Source: Maribacter sp. (GTDB lineage Bacteria; Bacteroidota; Bacteroidia; Flavobacteriales; Flavobacteriaceae). From it: DNA of 64,000 nt. Every line of letters starts with the position of its first letter. Positions within the stretch are counted from its first letter, which is position 1. A program made the position numbers and the translations under genes. The notes beneath the pieces are model-generated. The model made no database searches. It had not been told where the DNA came from and was given only the letters and a program-made list of their open reading frames with translations. The DNA lies in NCBI GenBank assembly GCA_029287355.1, contig JARFRH010000054.1, positions 10,533 to 74,532 of the forward strand, in the 5' to 3' direction. Shown piece after piece: positions 57,893 through 64,000 of this stretch.

Positions 57893-59524
57893 TTATTCAA
57901 TAATAAGCACCCATGGATTTTCATTGGGTGCTTTGAATTTATTCACTTTAGTCTTACCCATTTTCTTGATTTCTCCAGTTTTTGGATTCGCCCATTGATA
58001 ATTCAAATCGGCACGAAGGTGTTCTATTTCAATTGTACCTCCCTTATTCAAATAGGAGATGTACAGTTCTCCTTCTTTGGCCAAGAGAGGCATTCCATTT
58101 GCCAAGTCCCAACGTTTTTCTATGTCGGAGACATCGAGGCCCTTTAATATTTTCCCAACCAATCCTGCATATCTGGAACCTTCCATATCCATAGCTTCTC
58201 TCCAAGAAGTTGGTTGATCTGTCCAAGCGGGCCAACCCTCTTCTGTTGAACTGATTTTCCATTGCCAAAGTGTAGCCGCACCGTAAACAATTCCCATCGT
58301 ACCGCCATGCATCAATTGCATCCATGCTTCTTCTCCTTGCCACCAACCTAAGCCGTTTTTACCATTATTCATACCCTCATAAGTTGGTTCGCCATTTGCG
58401 ACCGCCTTAATCGGTAGATTATCGTACATGCGCTTGACCTTATGAAACAAGTGCTCGTTGTCATGCCCCGTTTGTGCCCATTGAAAATCAAGCCAAATCG
58501 CATCTTGAAAGGTTTTATTATAATGAAAGCAATGTGAATTATCGCCGTCGGCCCAAGGGGCTAAATAGTCATCACATGGGTTATAGTGAATCCCTGTTGG
58601 CTGATTATAACAATCCCATTCTTCTAACATCTCCCCACTTTCAAGAATACCCGGATCTTTGCCGTTATGATCTCCTCCCAAAAGCCAAATGGCAGGTTGA
58701 CTTCCATATCGGGCTAAAAGGTATTTGCAATAACGCACATATTCCTCAGGGTCAACGGTTCTTCCTAAAACGTCCAGGCCTTTCCATCCATAACCATGAA
58801 AAATAGGCTGAAAAACAGGAGCGATTTCATGGGCTATAAGAATATTCACGATTTTATCGTAATACTGAAAGTAGCTAACATTGATTTGGTTGATATGCCC
58901 ATCTGACAAATCATTGAATGCTCTTTTGAATCCTTTTTCGGTATTTCTCGAGTTTGGGCCTTCTGCTTTCATATCGGGCTGTACGGTCATCATTAGCGCA
59001 GTATTGAACCCTTTTAGGTGACGGTCCTTTGCATAGGTATCCACTTGCTCGGTGGTGGCCCTAAATGGAATGGCCCAAGGAGTATCGCCTACAATTAAGA
59101 AAGGTTTCCCAGAATGGTGGATTACATTTCGATGACCTGAGGAGATTTTTAGCAGTCCGTTTTTCAAAAGCTCATTTTGTGAGGTACTGGGAATCGATTT
59201 AAACTGCCCAGATTGACCATTTAAACCTTCATCTTGTGTAATCGAGGCAGCTGATTTCCATGTCCAGACGCTATTGAAATCGGTTGGCGTAAAACGTATT
59301 TTCCAAGTGTTTCCGCCATCCCAAAAGGCAGGGCGAGTTAAAGAACCACCATGTTGATTGGTGAAAACGGCCCATACTTCAACCGCTGTGTAGGCATTAT
59401 CATATTCTGAATTCGATGTTAGCACAATTTCCAGTGTACTCCATTGTTCAACTTGTATCAGAACAGCTTGCGCTTTTATGTTAAGCACGTACATTAATAC
59501 AACTAAAAAAAAGGATGCCTTCAT
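57893..59524 (-). CDS. Secreted DUF5060/DUF4038 (GH140-like) putative glycoside hydrolase
   Basis: The start is taken at the ATG MKASFFLVV. The N-terminal beta-sandwich (RPAFWDGGNTWKIRFTP) is followed by a TIM-barrel-like region (PFLIVGDTPWAI...). The family call is from memory of the domain architecture only. Confidence 0.5.
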   Translation of the reverse strand: MKASFFLVVLMYVLNIKAQAVLIQVEQWSTLEIVLTSNSEYDNAYTAVEVWAVFTNQHGGSLTRPAFWDGGNTWKIRFTPTDFNSVWTWKSAASITQDEGLNGQSGQFKSIPSTSQNELLKNGLLKISSGHRNVIHHSGKPFLIVGDTPWAIPFRATTEQVDTYAKDRHLKGFNTALMMTVQPDMKAEGPNSRNTEKGFKRAFNDLSDGHINQINVSYFQYYDKIVNILIAHEIAPVFQPIFHGYGWKGLDVLGRTVDPEEYVRYCKYLLARYGSQPAIWLLGGDHNGKDPGILESGEMLEEWDCYNQPTGIHYNPCDDYLAPWADGDNSHCFHYNKTFQDAIWLDFQWAQTGHDNEHLFHKVKRMYDNLPIKAVANGEPTYEGMNNGKNGLGWWQGEEAWMQLMHGGTMGIVYGAATLWQWKISSTEEGWPAWTDQPTSWREAMDMEGSRYAGLVGKILKGLDVSDIEKRWDLANGMPLLAKEGELYISYLNKGGTIEIEHLRADLNYQWANPKTGEIKKMGKTKVNKFKAPNENPWVLIIE

Positions 59525-59578
59525 ACTATAAATCAAATAAATCGATTAGCATGAAGTTAAGAAAAAATACCGTTGTTA

Positions 59579-59812
59579 CTAACCTGAAAAAGGCATGGTT
59601 TTCCATATGGTAATAGCAATATCATCTTCGGGCACTGGATATTGATTTCCTGCTAACAAGCGGTAAAAAAGTAAAGCCGACTCCCTTTTTATTTTATCGA
59701 TAAGCAATCTCTCATCGATTTCACCACTTTCTTGATGCCAGGTAAAAATGGAATTTTGTTCAATCTGAATAAGGCGATGTTTCGCAGTAAATTGGGCAAT
59801 GTAGGTAGTCAT
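59579..59812 (-). CDS. Hypothetical 77-aa protein
   Basis: An ORF that fills the gap between lepA and the GH140-like gene on the same strand. No recognisable motif. Confidence 0.3.
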   Translation of the reverse strand: MTTYIAQFTAKHRLIQIEQNSIFTWHQESGEIDERLLIDKIKRESALLFYRLLAGNQYPVPEDDIAITIWKTMPFSG

Positions 59813-59938
59813 TTGGTTTGGGAGGTATAAAAGTTATTTGCCTTCCCAAAGTATAAAAAACTATTCTGATAAAACAAAAAATGTAGGAAAAATCTATTTA
59901 TCTGTTGCGAAACATAGTTAAAATCAAGGTATGGGAAA

Positions 59939-61735
59939 CTAATCGTTCAACTTCAGCACCGCCATAAACGCCTCTTGAGGCACTTCTACGTTACCCACTT
60001 GACGCATACGTTTCTTCCCCTTTTTTTGCTTTTCCAAAAGTTTCCGTTTACGAGAGATATCACCTCCGTAACATTTTGCGGTAACATCTTTTCGTAAGGC
60101 TTTTGTGGTTTCTCTAGAAATAATCTTAGCTCCAATAGCGGCTTGAATAGGAATATCAAACTGTTGTCGGGGAATTAATTCTTTAAGTTTCTCACACATT
60201 TTTTTACCGATATTAACCGCATTATCGGCATGAATCAAGGCGGACAATGCATCAACAGGCTGGCCGTTCAAAAGGATATCGACACGAACCAGTTTTGAGG
60301 TTCGCATACCGATAGGCGTATAATCAAAAGAGGCATAGCCTTTTGAAACCGTTTTTAAACGGTCATAGAAATCAAAAACGATCTCGGCCAATGGCATATC
60401 GAAATTTAGTTCGACACGCTCGGTAGTCAAATAGGTCTGATTGGTGATTTGTCCTCTTTTTTCAATACACAAGGACATCACATTACCTACAAAATCAGAT
60501 TTGGTAATAATCGTGGCCTTGATATAGGGTTCCTCTACTCGATCAATACTCGACGGGTCTGGTAAATCCGTCGGATTATTTACGATTAATGGAGTATCCG
60601 GATTTTTTCTGGTAAACGCATGGTAACTCACGTTGGGTACCGTAGTGATAACGGTCATATTAAATTCTCGTTCTAAACGCTCTTGAATGATTTCCATATG
60701 GAGCATTCCGAGAAAACCACAACGGAATCCGAAGCCAAGGGCAGCACTACTTTCAGGAGTGAACACCAAAGAAGCGTCATTTAGTTGCAGCTTCTCCATA
60801 GAAGAACGTAACTCTTCAAATTCTTCGGTATCAACAGGGTAAATTCCGGCAAAAACCATTGGTTTCACGTCCTCAAAACCAGCGATGGCGTTTTGGGTAG
60901 GCTGAGCAGCATCGGTAATGGTATCACCTACTTTTACTTCTCGAGCGTCCTTAATACCCGTAATTAAATAACCAACATCGCCGGCTTTGATGCTTTGTTT
61001 GACTTGCTGAGTTAATTTCAATGTTCCTACTTCATCCGCAAAATAGTCTTTGTCGGTAGCAACGAATTTAATTTTTTGTCCTTTTTTGATTTCCCCATTA
61101 ATAACTCGAAAATAGGTTTCTACCCCTCGAAAAGGGTTGTAAACAGAATCAAAAACAAGGGCCTGTAACGATTCATTAAGATTACCCTCTGGGGCAGGAA
61201 TACGCTCGATAATGGCCTTGAGTATTTCTTCAATACCAATACCTGTTTTTGCACTTGCCGGAATCACTTCTTCTGGATCGCAACCTAAAAGATCAACAAT
61301 ATCATCGGTAACCTCTTCAGGGTTGGCGCTCGGCAGATCGACCTTGTTTAAAATTGGTATAATCGTTAAGTCATTCTCAAGGGCCAAATATAAATTTGAA
61401 ATGGTCTGCGCTTGTATACTCTGTGCGGCATCAACGACCAAAAGAGCTCCTTCACATGCAGCGATAGACCGAGAAACTTCGTATGAAAAATCGACATGGC
61501 CAGGAGTATCAATCAAGTTCAGAACATATTCTTGACCTTGATATGTATACTCCATTTGAATCGCATGGCTTTTAATGGTGATGCCGCGCTCTCGTTCCAA
61601 ATCCATACTGTCAAGCAATTGTTCTTTCTGTTCTCTCTCCGTAACAGCACCAGTAAATTCCAACAGCCTGTCGGCCAGGGTGCTTTTACCATGATCGATA
61701 TGGGCAATAATACAGAAATTTCGAATATGCTTCAT
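59939..61735 (-). CDS. lepA: Translation elongation factor 4
   Basis: 598 aa. [30 protein letters not shown] and NKVDL are the GTPase motifs, and the LepA-specific C-terminal domain is present. Confidence 0.97.
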   Translation of the reverse strand: MKHIRNFCIIAHIDHGKSTLADRLLEFTGAVTEREQKEQLLDSMDLERERGITIKSHAIQMEYTYQGQEYVLNLIDTPGHVDFSYEVSRSIAACEGALLVVDAAQSIQAQTISNLYLALENDLTIIPILNKVDLPSANPEEVTDDIVDLLGCDPEEVIPASAKTGIGIEEILKAIIERIPAPEGNLNESLQALVFDSVYNPFRGVETYFRVINGEIKKGQKIKFVATDKDYFADEVGTLKLTQQVKQSIKAGDVGYLITGIKDAREVKVGDTITDAAQPTQNAIAGFEDVKPMVFAGIYPVDTEEFEELRSSMEKLQLNDASLVFTPESSAALGFGFRCGFLGMLHMEIIQERLEREFNMTVITTVPNVSYHAFTRKNPDTPLIVNNPTDLPDPSSIDRVEEPYIKATIITKSDFVGNVMSLCIEKRGQITNQTYLTTERVELNFDMPLAEIVFDFYDRLKTVSKGYASFDYTPIGMRTSKLVRVDILLNGQPVDALSALIHADNAVNIGKKMCEKLKELIPRQQFDIPIQAAIGAKIISRETTKALRKDVTAKCYGGDISRKRKLLEKQKKGKKRMRQVGNVEVPQEAFMAVLKLND

Positions 61736-61760
61736 AAATTCTACTCCTCATTTAGCGCTG

Positions 61761-61768
61761 CAAAGATA
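61761..61768 (-). promoter_or_regulatory. Candidate -7 box (TAtcTTTG on the minus strand) for lepA
   Basis: The reverse complement of caaagata is TATCTTTG, 26 nt upstream of the lepA ATG. Confidence 0.35.
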
Positions 61769-61883
61769 GCGCAAAATATAGAGGCGCCCATTACATGCTA
61801 GCTACTATATGAATCATCAATGCGGACAAATCAAATTCGACACTCTGAGACAAACTGTGTAAGATATTTCAGCTTTATTGTGT

Positions 61884-61891
61884 TATGTTTG
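61884..61891 (+). promoter_or_regulatory. Candidate -7 box (TAtgTTTG) for the outer-membrane receptor gene
   Basis: TAnnTTTG match 20 nt upstream of the ATG at 61912. Confidence 0.4.
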
Positions 61892-61911
61892 TAACTAGTC
61901 TAGGCTAGTTC

Positions 61912-64000
61912 ATGAAAATTTTCTTCATTTTTCTTGTGTTCGTTATGTGTTCGTCGATAGCCCTGTCCCAAGAATACAGACTTTCAGGTGCTGTTGAGAA
62001 TACTGAAAGCATTCCTATAATCTATGCCAACGTACTGCTTTTAAAAACATCGGATTCTACGGTTTTAAAGGGAACATCTACCGATGAAAAAGGAAATTTT
62101 TATATCGATGGTGTTACGATGGGGAAGTACTTTTTAGTTGCCAGTTATATCAAAAACACTTCAGAATATTTAACTATTGATGTTGCAGCTGACACAAATG
62201 TGGGTGTCTTGTTAATTGATGAAACAACCGAGAATTTGGATGAGGTGGTTGTAACCTATCAAAAACCAAAATGGGAACGCAAGGTAGATCGTTTGGTTTT
62301 CAATGTTGCCAATACCGCTCTTTCGGACGGCAGTATTTGGGACCTTCTTAAACATACGCCAAGTGTGACTGAAATCCAAGGTGTTTTGACCGTCAAGGGG
62401 AGTAGTGATATTACAGTGATGATCAATAGCCGAAAGATAAACCTTCCCAAATCCGACATTATTAATTTGCTTTCAGGTGCCTCTGCTAGCAGTGTTGAAT
62501 CCATTGAGGTCATTACGAACCCACCTTCAAAATATAGCGCTGAAGGGGGAATGTTAATTGATATTAAAATGAGTAAAACCCTCATTTCTGGCTATAATGG
62601 AGCTCTTTTCAATCAATACCGGCAAGGGGTTTTTGCTAAGCACACCTTAGGCACTGATCATTATTTTAAAGGAAAGAAAACAGGTTTTTCGGTAAACTAT
62701 AGTTTTAATAAAGATAAATGGCTCACAAGGTATACCGATGTCACAAATTTTGCCGAAAATGGCTCCATATCTTCTGTTTGGACCGCGAATCAGGATCGGG
62801 TACTTCGAAGAAATCGGCATAATTTGAGTGCTTTTTTTGATTATCGGATGAATGATAATAATGCCCTGAGCTTTTCAACTATAAATACATTTAATCCAAA
62901 GGTAGATCGATTAGACGATTCACAAACCGTAATCGATAATAGGAGTGGTAATGAGCCTTCTAGTTTCAATACGAGTAATATTTCAGACCTGAAACGAATG
63001 AATACTTCTTTTTACGGGGACTGGATCCATAAATTAAAGAAAAAAGGCGCAGAATTTTCGATAGGTTCCCATTATACCTTTTACGATTCAGATCAGGGTC
63101 AAGATGTACAGACTGATTTTTTGGATATGAATGGAGCCCTTACAGGCGAGAACGATTTTACTACGCTTTCACAACAAAAGATCAATTTATATAGCGTACA
63201 AACTGATTATAGCACCCCTGTCGGGAAAGCCTCTCGATTTGAAACAGGTTTGCGCTATGCCGGGATCATGTCAAGAAATACCATTTCTCAAGAAGGGTTT
63301 GACAGAAATCAATCTGGCATTAACCCGACAGAGGCAGGAACTTTTGATTACGACGAATCGATTTATGCGGCTTATATGAGTTTCAATGGCAAATGGAATG
63401 ATTGGCGTTTGAGTTCAGGAATTAGAGCAGAGCAAACAGAAACCAAAGGAAAACTCGACATCAATACCATAGCAAATACCAATTCTTATTTGGAGTTTTT
63501 CCCGTCTATTTCACTGCAGTATTTGAAAGGAGATAAGCATGAGTATTCTTTTAGATACTACCGCCGAATAACACGACCGAGATATAACAACATCAATCCA
63601 TTTCAATTTTTTCAAAGTAATAATGTGGTAGCAGAGGGAAACCCCGATCTACTTCCTAGTATAAGAACACGATTCGCTTTAGGGTATACTTATGACAACA
63701 CCTATACACTAGAATTTATTTATGATAATAATGAGAACCAGTTCAGTGAGTTGGTCTTTCAAGATAATGAGGCCAATTTATTACGTTTCATAAGCTCGAA
63801 TCTAGAAAGCAGTTACAGTTATGGACTTGATTTTACATTCAACAAGGACATCACCAATTTCTGGAATAGCTATGTACTCGCAACCTATTTCTTCAAAAAG
63901 GATGGTTTTAACGATTTAAGCTCTGGTCAATTAATTGAGAACTCCATAGGTACTTGGATAGCACGTACCAATCAGAGTTTTACTTTATTTGCCGATAGAA
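61912..64000 (+). CDS. Outer-membrane beta-barrel / TonB-dependent-receptor-like protein with CarboxypepD_reg-like N-terminal domain (3' truncated by window end)
   Basis: Not in the ORF track because it runs off the window. My manual translation from the ATG at 61912 stays open to 64000. It starts MKIFFIFLVFVMCSSIALSQEYRLSGAVENTES.PIIYANVLLLK..., continues with a plug-like segment (VDRLVFNVANTALSDGSIWDLLKHTPSV...IESIEVITNPPSKYSAEG), and then shows barrel-like alternating strands. Confidence 0.75.
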   Translation, partial: MKIFFIFLVFVMCSSIALSQEYRLSGAVENTESIPIIYANVLLLKTSDSTVLKGTSTDEKGNFYIDGVTMGKYFLVASYIKNTSEYLTIDVAADTNVGVLLIDETTENLDEVVVTYQKPKWERKVDRLVFNVANTALSDGSIWDLLKHTPSVTEIQGVLTVKGSSDITVMINSRKINLPKSDIINLLSGASASSVESIEVITNPPSKYSAEGGMLIDIKMSKTLISGYNGALFNQYRQGVFAKHTLGTDHYFKGKKTGFSVNYSFNKDKWLTRYTDVTNFAENGSISSVWTANQDRVLRRNRHNLSAFFDYRMNDNNALSFSTINTFNPKVDRLDDSQTVIDNRSGNEPSSFNTSNISDLKRMNTSFYGDWIHKLKKKGAEFSIGSHYTFYDSDQGQDVQTDFLDMNGALTGENDFTTLSQQKINLYSVQTDYSTPVGKASRFETGLRYAGIMSRNTISQEGFDRNQSGINPTEAGTFDYDESIYAAYMSFNGKWNDWRLSSGIRAEQTETKGKLDINTIANTNSYLEFFPSISLQYLKGDKHEYSFRYYRRITRPRYNNINPFQFFQSNNVVAEGNPDLLPSIRTRFALGYTYDNTYTLEFIYDNNENQFSELVFQDNEANLLRFISSNLESSYSYGLDFTFNKDITNFWNSYVLATYFFKKDGFNDLSSGQLIENSIGTWIARTNQSFTLFADR

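Noticed and set aside
1-64000. Search for mobile elements, integrases, toxin-antitoxin pairs, restriction-modification or other defence systems, prophage genes and rRNA.
   Set aside because: No ORF shows transposase, integrase, nuclease-ATPase, phage structural or methylase-endonuclease pair signatures. The single SAM methyltransferase (22690-23532) is isolated and lacks DNA-methylase motifs such as DPPY or PCQ.

Overview
The window looks like chromosomal DNA from a Bacteroidota (Flavobacteriia-type, probably marine Flavobacteriaceae) genome. That placement rests on T9SS type-B sorting signals, a PorP/SprF gene, TAnnTTTG-type -7 boxes, lipoprotein signal peptides and a sulfatase/DUF1080/PQQ gene mix. 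All product calls come from reading motifs in the supplied translations. No database search was run.

Layout:
- An ORF-free leader of about 1 kb.
- A 13.8-kb gene for a 4585-aa SprB-family repeat adhesin, followed 20 nt later by a PorP/SprF gene.
- folB, tRNA-Cys, and housekeeping or accessory genes. These include an rnr gene split by one in-frame TAA, then rpiB, a CDF transporter, an ElaA-like GNAT and an NlpC/P60 protein.
- A minus-strand operon with a Gfo/Idh/MocA oxidoreductase, an acyl-CoA synthetase, an unlisted 39-aa membrane ORF and a sodium:solute symporter.
- A sulfatase, PQQ-cytochrome c dehydrogenase, S10 peptidase, SGNH esterase, PhyH, DUF5009, DUF1080, SDR and SMP-30 neighbourhood with no SusC/D.
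- ctpA and rnpA.
- A tightly coupled pair: a GCS2-type ligase fused to CBS domains, plus an AstE/AspA-type amidohydrolase.
- M1 and S8 peptidases.
- An MBL hydrolase, a Usp gene, a SulP transporter with an unexplained C-terminal extension, and an NhaP-type antiporter.
- A GH140-like gene, lepA, and a truncated outer-membrane beta-barrel receptor gene at the right edge.

I saw no rRNA, CRISPR array, transposase, integrase or recognisable defence system, and no clear-cut novel multi-gene system. The best candidates for follow-up are the GCS2-CBS/AstE pair, the acs-like/mini-ORF/symporter operon, the interrupted rnr, and the adhesin's higher-order repeat architecture.
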